A stretch of 64,000 nucleotides of DNA from positions 248,001 to 312,000 of the forward strand of contig JADEYG010000002.1 in the NCBI GenBank assembly GCA_016906335.1, given 5' to 3'. Shown piece after piece: positions 48,048 through 59,538 of the stretch (position 1 is its first letter; each line of letters starts with the position of its first letter). The DNA comes from Novakomyces olei. Its lineage: Eukaryota. The notes under the pieces were generated by a model. It did not search any database. It had not been told where the DNA came from and saw only the letters and a list, made by a program, of their open reading frames with translations. Position numbers and translations under genes: made by a program.

Positions 48048-51000
48048 TCATTGCAACCGCACCAGTTCAGCATAATGGCCGTTTGCACGGATCAGTTCTT
48101 CATGGGTCCCTTGCTCGATAACGCGTCCATCTGAGAAAACCATGATCTGGTCAACATTCTGGATACTACTGAGCCGATGGGCCACTTGAACGGAAATCCT
48201 TCGATTACCACTCGTCCAGTGACTCACCAACGACTCCTCAATCTGCTTTTCTGTGTGTACATCCAGGGCAGCGGTAGCCTCGTCCAGCAATAGTATCTGG
48301 GCATCGCGGTAAAAAGCTCGTGCTATAGCCAGCCGCTGCTTTTGACCACCACTCAATTGGATATTGTTATTCCCCCCCACCACAGTCCGATAGCCCTGGG
48401 GCAGGCTCTCTACGAAATCGTGAATCCTTGCTTGCTGGCAGCTGGAGACAACTCGTTCTTCGTCCACACAATCAACGCCCAGGGCGACATTGTACAGGAT
48501 AGAGCCCTGGAATAAATGTGATTCCTGTGTGACCAGAGTCATGCGTGAGCGTAGCACAGAGGGCTCAATGCTCCTTATATCTGTACCATTAATCTTTATA
48601 CTGCCCGAGCTCGGCTCATAAAAGCGTTCAAGCAGCGATAAGCATGTCGTCTTGCCACACCCACTCGGCCCAACAAAGGCGTACGATTTTCCAGCCTCCA
48701 ACTGGAAACTTGCTTCGTTGAGTATAAAGTTATCGCGTCCAGCGTAGCGGAAAGCCACATTGGCAAAGGCAATCTTGTTTACGTGCGTAAAAGCCGACAT
48801 TGAAAGGGCCGTTGATGAAGGAAAGAAAGTGCTATTATCACCGCGCTGCTGAATCATGGAGTAAACTTTTCTCGCTGCCGCTCTTGCCTTTGTAAACTCT
48901 GGGGCCATGGAGAACATTTGTCCACTAGACTGGGCAGAGTACATCAGAGCCGGCAGGACAATGAAGAACTGCCGGGGCGAGCACGCCCCGGCACGCATGA
49001 GCCTTGAGCCCCACCAGTAGGCGATCGAGTATACGAGAAAGGGCACAGTGTAGGCAAAAGAGAGCAGAGCATTACTTGTCACGCAAAACCTACGAGTTTC
49101 GGCAGTAGCCTTACTTAGCAGTTTTTCGTGTTTATTTAGAATGTATGGTTGCGCGTTCAAAGACGCAACTGTGCGAATATTGTGGATTGCGTCGGCGGCA
49201 AGAGCCGAACTGTGGGCAAAAGCGCGTTCATGACGGACTTGAAAACGAGACGTTATTTTGAGGCGGAAATAGCCGCTCACTACGATAACGGGTACGGCGG
49301 GAACGAGGACGAGGGTGAGTTGGTAAGCAACGATGCAGGAAAGAATAAAGCCGCCTACAATGCTCACAAAGACAGTGGCCACAGTGCCGAGAAACTGGCC
49401 GGATAACCCGGCCAGTGATCCTGTCTGTGTATTTATATCAGCCGCGACAGCCTGGGACGAGTGCTCTTCCTGATCAAAGTACGCGATTGGTCGGTTCAGG
49501 ATGGCACGCGTGTACTGTGCGCGTACGGAACGCGTCAAGTGCTGAGCCGCGTAGCCAAAACAGGCAGCACTGGCTGCGTGGCCGGCAAAGGCAATACAGG
49601 CAACAAGAGCAAAAAGCTGGGCTAAAAAGGAGGACTGTTTCGTGATTTGATTGGACGGCAATTGGCTGCCTAGCGTAGCCATCAGGCTGCCAAATAAGAC
49701 TGCGTCCATCTGCGTTACAGTGCCGATGACGATTGAGCCCAATAGGCCAACGGAAATGACTCCCGACCACGGAATGGACTCCCGGACGATAAAGACAAGG
49801 TCGGGAGCCATGCCAAACTTGTACCTTCGCCGCCAGGCAAAGAGTGAAAACCAGCTCGTTGATCTCGTGCTATCACTGCCCCACTCAAGAGGCCGCATAG
49901 GCGCAATCATGATTGAATCATGGCCGTGTGCTCGGTAAAGCGTGGCCGATGCACGATGAAGGCTGTCCGCATTGAGTCGGTTGACTACTCTATCATTGTC
50001 GCTGTCGGAATCGGAATCGGAATCGGAATCAGATTCTGATTCCGATTCATATCCGGCAGCAGAAGCAGAAGCCGCTTCTGCTTCTGCTTCGATATCGAAT
50101 CCACCTGCGCCCTGTGGCTCTTGTGCCTTATCGTTGCAATAGTCTTCAATCCCAAAATTTCCAACACCACTTTGCCCGTCTCTGGATCCGCGAAAACACC
50201 ATTTCTGCTGCACTGCACGGGCCTTTTTGTTGCGCTTTGAACGTCCATCTCTTGTCCCTTGATCGGCATCGCTAGGATTCTTATCGTAATCAATGATTGC
50301 CTTTGGATTCCTGAAATCTGTCTTTTCTGTAGCCTCATCTCCACTGATACTGCCTCCATTAGTTTGACCATCCACCTTGATCCGGTTCGACTGCATGTCC
50401 TGCAAATGGTACATGTCAGCATAACGGCCTCCCTTCGCCATTAGCTCGGAATGAGATCCCGACTCCACGAGTCTGCCATTCGCAATTACCAGGATGACAT
50501 CAGCTGCCCTTACCGTAGACAGTCGGTGAGCAATTGCTATTGTTGTTCGGTCGCGCGGTCGCTCACGGACAAGGGTCTCCGCGATCAAATGCTCTGAGGC
50601 TGTATCTACTGCTGATGTAGCTTCGTCGAGCAATAGCAGGTCCGGCTCAGCGACAAGAGCACGGGCGAGGGCTATTCTTTGCCTCTGACCCACACTGAGT
50701 CTAACTCCGCCATTACTGCCCACTGTCGTTTGATAACCCGTGCGAATATTGGCAATAAACCCGTGAGCATGTGCCTGATGAGCTGCTTTAAGCACCCGTG
50801 CCACAGTGTCGGGATTTTCTGGACTGAGAATAGAGGGTATTGCGTCGCTGTCATGGCTACCATTATTTAAATGAATTGTTCTCCTTGGCAATAGGCCGAG
50901 GGCAATATTCTCAAACACCGTTCCGGGGAACAACACGGGTTCCTGTGCCACAAGTGCCGACCGGCTCCGGACAAAATCTGCACTCATACCGTGCAGATCT

Positions 51001-52223
51001 TGGCCATTAATTCGAACTTGGCCGGCCGAGGGTTCATAGAATTTCTGTAGCAAAGCAATCAAAGTAGACTTGCCTGAACCCGACTCGCCCACTACTCCGA
51101 TATACGCACCACGCGGGATGTTTACAGATAAGTCGCGTAAAGCCAAAGTTTGGGATGAGGCGGCCGGGTAGGAGAATGAGACATTTTCAAACTCGATGGG
51201 AGCCAATTTAGTCGGGCAGGACGGCAAAGAAAAAGAAGAGGAGGAGCCCGATAATAAAGGTAAAGTCGGCTCCGTATGACTTCGTTTTATTTCCTTATCT
51301 AATTCAGCTGCGTGAGTAGCAGCGACGGAAAAAACCTGAAAAAAGGGTGCAAAAAGGCCAATGATCAAAGTACTATCAATCACGAGAGAAAGAACGACAT
51401 AGGTGCTACCGGCTCCACTGCCTACAGCATTGCTGGCCACCAGCCTTCCACCTTGCCAGAAAGCAAGAGCAGTGGCCAAGTAAATTACACAGTAAACACT
51501 GGCACTGATAAAGGCACCGGCCATATTCAACAGGATATTTGCTTGGACCAGTTCGGTAGCAATTGAACTACAATGCCGGACAAGGAACCCGATAGCATTA
51601 AAAGCATGAGCAATACGAATATTGCGAATGATCTGTTCCACTGACTGAGCCAATTGCTGTTGCAATGCTTTGGTTCGCTCACTGTACCGTCCGGAAAACT
51701 TGCTGCCTAGTGCAAATATTGTACAAAACACAGGGAGTATGGGTAAGAGTGTTATAGTTAATTGGGCATTTGCAGTATAGCCAACTGCAAAAGAGCACAA
51801 GAGATATGAGACCGATTGCAACAGTATCCCGACTTTCTCACTCGACGCAGTTTGGATCATGTTTATAGTAGTGGATAAATGATCCGCTACTTCAGGTCCA
51901 CGATGCTCTACTTGAGCAACCGGCTGCCCTAGCAGACTGGAAATGTAGCGGTAACGCAGCTGCCGAGCAATTCCGTGGCCAATTAATCCCCACAGAGTTA
52001 AATAAAGCCAACTGAGTACAAAGTAGATCGTTGCACAAATTATGAGACGCTCCACCCGTGCAAAAGTCTTATCACCACCGAAATCATCGATGATTTCTCC
52101 GTAATAAATAGCCATCATTGGCAGTGGCAGACCTGCGGCAATCGCCGCCGCCGAAGCTACTGCCACATGGGTTCGCGAGGCATACTCGTAGAGGCCAATA
52201 TACGTTTTGAATTTTTTGTTCAT
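48048..52223 (-). CDS. Full-size ABCB/MDR transporter (TMD-NBD-TMD-NBD), intronless
   Basis: GESGSGKST/LSVGQRQR/LLLDEATS and GPSGCGKTT/LSGGQKQR/LLLDEATA. First ATG at 52223. Confidence 0.95.
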   Translation of the reverse strand: MNKKFKTYIGLYEYASRTHVAVASAAAIAAGLPLPMMAIYYGEIIDDFGGDKTFARVERLIICATIYFVLSWLYLTLWGLIGHGIARQLRYRYISSLLGQPVAQVEHRGPEVADHLSTTINMIQTASSEKVGILLQSVSYLLCSFAVGYTANAQLTITLLPILPVFCTIFALGSKFSGRYSERTKALQQQLAQSVEQIIRNIRIAHAFNAIGFLVRHCSSIATELVQANILLNMAGAFISASVYCVIYLATALAFWQGGRLVASNAVGSGAGSTYVVLSLVIDSTLIIGLFAPFFQVFSVAATHAAELDKEIKRSHTEPTLPLLSGSSSSFSLPSCPTKLAPIEFENVSFSYPAASSQTLALRDLSVNIPRGAYIGVVGESGSGKSTLIALLQKFYEPSAGQVRINGQDLHGMSADFVRSRSALVAQEPVLFPGTVFENIALGLLPRRTIHLNNGSHDSDAIPSILSPENPDTVARVLKAAHQAHAHGFIANIRTGYQTTVGSNGGVRLSVGQRQRIALARALVAEPDLLLLDEATSAVDTASEHLIAETLVRERPRDRTTIAIAHRLSTVRAADVILVIANGRLVESGSHSELMAKGGRYADMYHLQDMQSNRIKVDGQTNGGSISGDEATEKTDFRNPKAIIDYDKNPSDADQGTRDGRSKRNKKARAVQQKWCFRGSRDGQSGVGNFGIEDYCNDKAQEPQGAGGFDIEAEAEAASASAAGYESESESDSDSDSDSDSDNDRVVNRLNADSLHRASATLYRAHGHDSIMIAPMRPLEWGSDSTRSTSWFSLFAWRRRYKFGMAPDLVFIVRESIPWSGVISVGLLGSIVIGTVTQMDAVLFGSLMATLGSQLPSNQITKQSSFLAQLFALVACIAFAGHAASAACFGYAAQHLTRSVRAQYTRAILNRPIAYFDQEEHSSQAVAADINTQTGSLAGLSGQFLGTVATVFVSIVGGFILSCIVAYQLTLVLVPAVPVIVVSGYFRLKITSRFQVRHERAFAHSSALAADAIHNIRTVASLNAQPYILNKHEKLLSKATAETRRFCVTSNALLSFAYTVPFLVYSIAYWWGSRLMRAGACSPRQFFIVLPALMYSAQSSGQMFSMAPEFTKARAAARKVYSMIQQRGDNSTFFPSSTALSMSAFTHVNKIAFANVAFRYAGRDNFILNEASFQLEAGKSYAFVGPSGCGKTTCLSLLERFYEPSSGSIKINGTDIRSIEPSVLRSRMTLVTQESHLFQGSILYNVALGVDCVDEERVVSSCQQARIHDFVESLPQGYRTVVGGNNNIQLSGGQKQRLAIARAFYRDAQILLLDEATAALDVHTEKQIEESLVSHWTSGNRRISVQVAHRLSSIQNVDQIMVFSDGRVIEQGTHEELIRANGHYAELVRLQ

Positions 52224-52868
52224 TGGCTCAATTAAGGCACAATTTGGCTCGAGGTTTGATCTTAAGAGTCCAATAATGTTTGGAAGATATTGCAACAATA
52301 TCCGTTAAACAAATCTTAGAGAGCCTGATTCATATACTCGGGGCAAGAGAGCTAAACGACGATAATCAGGAGTTAGCTATTGGTGCCTGGTCTGATGCGG
52401 TTAGCAAAACATGAGAATTTGAGAGATCATTTCAAAGAGAGTTGCCTTCTTGCTGGAAGGATAAAAAGGAAAGGCCAAATGAACAGCCATGTGAAGTTGC
52501 GCGTATAATTGCTCAGCTCTATCAAAATTCATACGCGAGAAATTGTAGGGGAAGTTTGTCAGTGCTTACCAATTTGTCCCCTCAGGTTTTTCGCTCCCTC
52601 AATTTTTCAGGTTCGTCTTGGCACAATATTGCTGCAAAATTGTACGTCTTGCCAAACCGACAGTTTCCAAATGGCGCCGTCTTTCATCAAAAGCCAATTT
52701 AGAGTCTCTTGCCGCGTTCAAGCGTCCATGATGAAAAATTTATACCTGTTTTGCGGCTCAGTCAGTAACGCCCCCCAGCAATTCGAATAAAATAATATAT
52801 AATATGTGTGCATGTGTCATTTTGTGCTACGGTAATACAATGGTGTGTCTCCGGCCGAAAATTCAAGG

Positions 52869-52939
52869 ATCAGATAAAATTTTCCGTCATTGCCGACCAA
52901 TCATTGACCGATTTTGACGCGGGGTTATAATTATCTGAT
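52869..52939. promoter_or_regulatory. Pair of inverted ATCAGATAA iron-responsive GATA elements
   Basis: ATCAGATAA at 52869-52877 and TTATCTGAT at 52931-52939, upstream of the ABCB gene. Confidence 0.6.
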
Positions 52940-53423
52940 GGCACGTAGTACAGAATGAACAAGACGTAATCCTTCCTACCGTATTAGGCTATAATCTGCA
53001 CGAAATATTTTCATTTTCATTTTTCCATTAAGCACTAACGTTCCTGTACACTAAGATTACTTGGGGTTTAGACCCGTTTGTCAAGTCTGCTGGAAGGTTA
53101 CTTTACATGTAGCTGCTTCTCTGCTTCCACTGTAATTCTCGCCGGGCCCTTACTAACCTAATTATTTGCAGTTTGCCAAGTGAAATTAATTAAAACTTTG
53201 TAAAATAAAGCAATAATCTAGACAACTTGCCCGATTGACCAGCTCTACCAAACCCGTTGCTTAAACGCAAAAACTTGTCCTGCGTAGCACGCTTTCCATT
53301 GTATGTACTAATTGATTTGCTTCTAAACTTACACTAAAAACTTGCTAGCTTTGTATCAAGTGAGACCCTACAGCATTCAGTCAAATGGCGATGGTTTCAC
53401 ATATTAAATAAGCATGCAACTCT

Positions 53424-55665
53424 CTAATCCAGTTTGGCATGCTCCATTATTTCCGGCACAAAATTGTCCAGATCGATTCCGCGTTCTAGCAATGCTGGTC
53501 TCATGTGCATAGGTACCAGCGTATTGTTCAGGTCCGGACGAATGCTCAATTCTGATATTATTAGTACAACACCAACAGCCCAAACTGGACTTGAGCCTAC
53601 CTTTTCGTGAAAAATCAAACAAGTTCGGTAATGGCTTTAGAGGATTCGAAGGATTCCGCGAATCAGCAAGCATGCATCCTTCCTGACGTAGTTCATCGAA
53701 AAACGGATGGCACATTGCTTCGATAGCAGTCAGTCTGTTTGACGGAGTATACTCCAAAAGCTTTGTAATTAAGTCCACTGCGTCTGTTGGTGCACGAGGC
53801 AAAACGCGCGAAAATGGATGGGGCCGTATTTGCGGAAATTTGTGTTCCATGTAATTAGGATTCATGGTCTTTATCTGCTCCCTACTCGGCGTACCAAGTA
53901 CCTTGATAATTTCAACAAGCTGATCAATTCCAGATTCGCCAGGGAAAAGCGGCTGGCCAAGAATAAGCTCTGCCATAACACAGCCTGTCGACCATACGTC
54001 TGTATTCGATGTTAGTTAAATTAAATAAATTTAACAAATTTAACAGATTAAACAAGTTAATTAAGTTATTAATTTTTTCCTTATTCTCTTATTCTTTTTT
54101 GAATTTTGCTCATATATAAAATTTTGAGATCCAAATTTTTCCTTCCTATTTTTCTTCAATTTCTGTCACAGCTTACCAATTTGGGTTGTATAATTTGTGG
54201 CCCCAAAAATTAGCTCAGGAGCTCTGTAGTACCGTGAACAGATATAACTAACGTTCGGCTCTCCAGCAACCAGGATTTTAGCGCTTCCAAAATCACAGAG
54301 CTTCAAGACACCGGTAGCAGGGTTGAGCAGCAAATTTTGAGGCTTGATGTCACGGTGGCAAATGCCCTGACTATGAATGTAAGCCAGTGACCGCAATAGC
54401 TGATAAATGTATATTTTGACATCGAATATCGGCATTGTTGTCTTCATGCGAATGAAAAAACGTGATGCTCTATGCACAGTTTCCGGCACATATTCTAGAA
54501 CTAAGTTCAAGTATATTTCGTCTTTGCGCTCGCCATTTGAGTAGAAAAAAGCCTTGAGTGCGACGACATTAGGATGTCTCACAATACGCATAATCTGTAA
54601 TTCACGATTCTGGAGAAGTGTCAGTTTGGCTTCACGTCAATAAAAAATTGTGTTTCTCACTTTAAATCGTTTATCCTGCAAAACACGCTTTATAGCCGCA
54701 TCCTCGCCCGTCTCGATCAGCCTTGTTTGAAAAACTACGCCAAAGGATCCAGATCCGACCACTTTAGATGATGTATAGGATAATTCACGCGTCTCTCCCG
54801 TGACGCAGTCAGTGACAACCTCTTTTACAACCTTGAACGGATCAACTGCGCATGATTAGCAAAAGAAAAATCAAAGAAGTGCAAAGAAAATAATAATGCA
54901 GAAGAAAGGGAAGTGATAGAAGTGTTAAGGACATAATGAAGCCATTTCAAAAAGCAGAGAAGCACGTAAAACATGTGAGATGTACAGAAAAGCCCGATCT
55001 ATCTAAGCTCTACAAATTAACAAACGACAATGTCGCGTCATTAAAAAGGAGCTTGAAATTGCAAAAGAACCACAATTCGAAAAAGATCCGGAGAAAACAC
55101 CTTAAAGGCTTCCTTTAAAGAAAAAAACACGCCAGTATCATGCATGTGACAGAATAATTGTTGCGAAAGCATCCACACTGTATCGCTAATCATTTCCGAC
55201 ACCAAAACAGCATAGGGTTAAAGGCATTTTTACTTTAAAAAAGACGGCATATAAGGTTGATAAAAATGAAAAAAAACAAGGCATATAAAACGGGCGGCTC
55301 AGGCATTATTCGCAGCCAATGGAAGCTGCAAGTGCAAGAGATAATGTCGCATTATATTCCAAGCACTTTTGAGCAATGATTAGCAGAGAGCAGCGCCCCG
55401 AAATGCTTGTCGCTGAAATCAGGGAGATCATTAATCCACGAATGGCGCAGATTAAAGCAAGCCAGTAGCACACCGTCTTACCCAGGTAGCCCCAACCGAA
55501 AAAAGCTTCGGTTAAGAGACAGTGGGGTTCGCATTCATACCAAAATATAAAGGAAAAACAGAGAATCCAACAGGTCAAAAGGGAGGGTAATAACTCAACT
55601 CCCGAAACAGCAGTTAAAAGAAACTGAAACTCGACAAACTTACGGCTTGCAGAGGCGGCGGCCAT
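53424..55665 (-). CDS. gsk3: Glycogen synthase kinase 3
   Basis: 22-nt exon 1 plus intron 54846-55643 gives MAAASASLDPFKVV...[45 protein letters not shown]. Confidence 0.96.
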
Positions 55666-56721
55666 GACGTTGAGTGTGCAGAACGGTGCGACAGTGCTTC
55701 ACTGAGCCGTGAGCGACGCGGGATTATTATAGATAAAAGCACAAGAAAGTCGAAAAAAGAGGGGAGAGCGGCAGATCGGTAATATTACTAAAATAAATTA
55801 GTATATGAAACGAAATATGTACTTGGAATACTATATGTACTAGTAAAAATATATGTATAAACTGTGATTTGAAGAAAACCGGATACGTCCACAGCATAAC
55901 GATACAGAGTGCGAGGCAGAAAATGCGTAGAACAAGTGCGAATTAAGTATAGAAGAAATACGTAGCAAGTACGAGTATAATACTAAATATTTGGAATACG
56001 TGTAATGTAATTCGTGTTCACGCGATCTGTGGACTGTGAATGACGGCAAAAAAATAATGTGAGAATTGCGGTCTAGCTATTTTAATGTCGGCAACTCAAC
56101 AATAACAATATTATTAACAAGTCTGTAAATTGTTTGCCTTTGATTTTAGTCTATAAACGTCTCTCAGAACCTTGATGATAGGATCTGAACGTGCCCTGTT
56201 TTATACCCTTGAAGCTTAATCTTTTGCGGGAAAAAGGGCTTTTTAACTATGGATAATATTTTCCTATCGCTCGCTTAACTGCGCGTGTACGAGGCGAAAA
56301 AATACGGAGTACAGTTTGCTGTAAAATTCACAAAATCCTACGCATCTAACATATCAATTTCAAATCGATTGCAAAGGCCCGCTATTCTCACGCGTTGTGT
56401 ATTCCCACACATCGCTAATGACCTAAACTCCGATTCTAGATCTCAAGGTCGAATACACCACTATTACGCCAGAAACGACCTCAATCATAATTATTCAAAA
56501 GAATTTCAAAAGAACACAGACGTCACTCGACGATAGTATTAAAAACTAAATTTACACAGAACATAATATGAAAAAAACGACAACATTATAGATTTGTTCA
56601 ACGTGGTTAAAAAATTTATTAACGTGGTTCTACATGCACATCTGGTAAATTTTCAAAACACCTCGGCAAACCCAAATGTTTTAAAAAAAGAACAGGTGTG
56701 GTAAACCAACCGTCTTTTCAG

Positions 56722-56908
56722 ATTCGGCGTCACAAACCAGTAGTGCAATAGCAAGGACACCTATGCCAAACGGTATAGCAAGCCAGGGACCGTCTAGCCA
56801 CCACTAAAAACTAGCATAATCGTGAAGACTCCAGTGGAGTCGTTCAAGCGATTAAGCTTGAAAGAACAGATACTACACTCGATTCAAGCCAAAAAGGCAG
56901 AGAAGTTA
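56722..56908 (-). ncRNA. snu2: U2 spliceosomal snRNA
   Basis: Minus strand CTTCTCTGCCTTTTTGGCTTGAATCGAGTGTAGTATCTGTTCTTTCAAGCTTAATCGCTTGAA: stem I, GUAGUA branch-pairing sequence and stem IIa. Then IIb GACTCC/GGAGTC, IIc CGATTA, Sm site AGTTTTTAG, stem III and stem-loop IV TATTGCACTAC. Ends approximate. Confidence 0.96.
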
Positions 56909-56936
56909 AAGGACTAAGAGGGGCGGGGCGGCAGCC

Positions 56937-56986
56937 TTTATATAGACTTTTGCATGGCACGTGACTGTATCGTGACCTAACCTAAC
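56937..56986 (-). promoter_or_regulatory. U2 promoter: TATA box, Homol D-like site and TTAGG repeats
   Basis: Minus strand GTTAGGTTAGG (56986-56976), CAGTCACG (56967-56960) and CTATATAAA (56945-56937), about 30 nt before U2. Confidence 0.6.
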
Positions 56987-57289
56987 ACCGCAGAGCCGAC
57001 TTCACGTAAAGAAAACCCTGACCAAGGGTATGGGGTCACCCCTTTCGCAAAAGGTGGGAATAAGAGTGCTGCTGATAAGGTGCGTCTACGGATAGGTCAA
57101 GTAAATGATTTCGCCAAATGCAATTGTGTCATTATAGATGTAGAATCTAAGATTGGATTAGTAGGCTTGAACAGCAATTGCTCCGCTTTTTTTTTCGTTC
57201 TCGGCCAGAGCCGTTATTCCGGCGGTTTGTCTATAATTAATTGTCAATTAAACGCAACTTGCAGCTCTGCAATTGCCCGACTCCACACA

Positions 57290-59272
57290 ATGGAGATTCC
57301 GAAACCAGCGCACCTCAGTGTGCAAGTGGACAAGTCAAATCCAAGTCCACGACGACGATCTCAGCGTGATTCATTTGGTTCGTCTCCGGGCTTCCGTGGC
57401 GCTGGCCAGCTATACCAGACAGAGAGCGGACGGTACGTTTTTGGATTGCCTTGCTTAGCATGGCAATAGTCATAGCCATCTAACACCGATTATAGACTCT
57501 TCCATGCCGGGAAAATTGCCGTCTGCACGGGTATGACAATCTATACACATTCAACTTTATTTGTTTGCTAATTATTTTGTACAGTGGGTTTACCGGCGCG
57601 CGGCAAAACGCACCTGTCCGTTTCGCTCAAACGTTATCTCGACTGGTAAATTGAATTAAACTGCCTTTAGAGCAGTATCTAATAATAACCAGGCTTGGCG
57701 TTCGCACTGAAGTATTCCATTTAGGCGACTACAGACGGGAAGCTCTTGAAGATAAACGTAATGGCCAAATACTGCCAATTCCGCATGACTACTACAAGAC
57801 AGAAGGTACGTTTAAAGACAGGGCGCGATCTTTTTTTTTTTCTTTTTTTTGGCAGACAATTTGACTGAATTTTAAGTGAGCCCCGAAACGGCAGCTCTAC
57901 GTGAACGGATATTCGACAATTGCTATCGAGATATCGTCGCTTTTTTCAAGCTTGGGGGTCAAGTGGCTATTTATGATGCTGTGAATCCAAGCTCAGCTCA
58001 GCGTCGGCGACTGGCTCGCTTATTTGCCGATGCGGGAGTGGCGACGTTTTTCATCGAGAGCATCTGCACGGACGAAAAAATAATAGATCGAAACATCCGA
58101 TCTGTTAAGCTCAATCATCCCGACGTAAGAGCAAATGGAAGGAAAACGAACATATATTGCACATAAAGAACAATAAAAATTACTCGTTTATAAATTTTTG
58201 ATATTAATTGTTGCAGTACGTAGGCTGGAATCCGGATGATGCCGTCAAGGACTACATAAAGCGACTTAATGATACGTTTGAAAATGTGGAGCCCATAAGC
58301 GAGCCGGAACTAGGTTGGGTCAAGGTATGTTTAATTAAGCATCAATAATGACATCTAACTTTATAGATCACCAATGTTTCGGAAAAGATCGAGACGCACA
58401 ATTTTAATACTGGTTATCTGCAATCGCGGATTGTATACCATTTGATGAATTTGCACACGGAGCCTCGCACCGTTTATTTCGCAAGGGTAATATTTTTTAA
58501 ATCTCTTCACTATTTGGCTTTCTTCATCTTGCGTATCTTTTCTATCTGAGTTTACAATATTGATCCTAATGCAAAGGCTGGAAATATGGCACACGAGTAT
58601 TCCTATAAACTTGATAACCCATTGGACGAGCTGGGCAAAACCTATGCAAAGGCACTGGCCGATCGTTTTGACAATTACGTGCGCTCCAGACCTCAGCAAA
58701 ACTCAAATGGCTGTGTTTTATGGTGCTCAACACGATTGCGCACTATAGAAACTGCAAGAGCCATCGAGGAAAAAGGATGGACGGTTCGCCAGCGTACCCA
58801 GCTTGCACAATTAAACCCCGGAATTGTTGAAGGTCTTACGCCTACCGAAATTGAGGAGCAATACCCGGACGAGTTTCGTCAGCATCAAGAAGATCCTTGG
58901 ACGTACCGCTACCCACGTGGTGAGAGCTATCATGATGTGGCTATTCGTTTGGAACCGGTTATTACAGAGCTGGAACGCGAGCGCAGTGATCTGTTAATCA
59001 TTGCGCACGAATCAGTGTTGCGAGTGTTATACGCCTACTTGCGTTCAACTTCGTCAGATGTAGGCCAGCGCTTGAATACATTATTACCATTATTCTATCA
59101 CATTTATTTATTTATTTATTTTTCAAGCTCAAGGCCAGAAACTAACAAATAGGATATTCCCAAGTTAAATTTCCCGCGCGATCGCATTATTGAGCTTAAC
59201 CCGCACGCTTACGGTTGGCAGGAAAAGTTGATTCCCATTCCGGGTGTGGAATTGACTGCGGATGAGGAGTAG
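57290..59272 (+). CDS. 6-phosphofructo-2-kinase/fructose-2,6-bisphosphatase-like protein (YLR345W type)
   Basis: GQLYQTESGR|LFHAG, VGLPARGKT, FHLGDYRR, AIYDAVN, YRYPRGESYHD, LIIAHESVLR. Many introns. Confidence 0.9.
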
Positions 59273-59538
59273 AAATTCGGGATGAGTATACGCTGTTCGC
59301 GAATAAAGGCTTCAGGTACGGAATGGGTTTAGTTTGTATTGAATAGTTGAATGAATGAGTGTAGGGAGGAGGGCGCAGACGTGAGGAGCTGTTTTATACG
59401 CGGTACTGATAAACTGTTCCATATACATTTCGTAATTTATGATATAATAATAAAAAGTATTTAAATTAATATATAGACAGCGCTCGCTATACCTTACCGC
59501 GATACGTTACTATACATTATTATAAGCCGGAGTAATCC

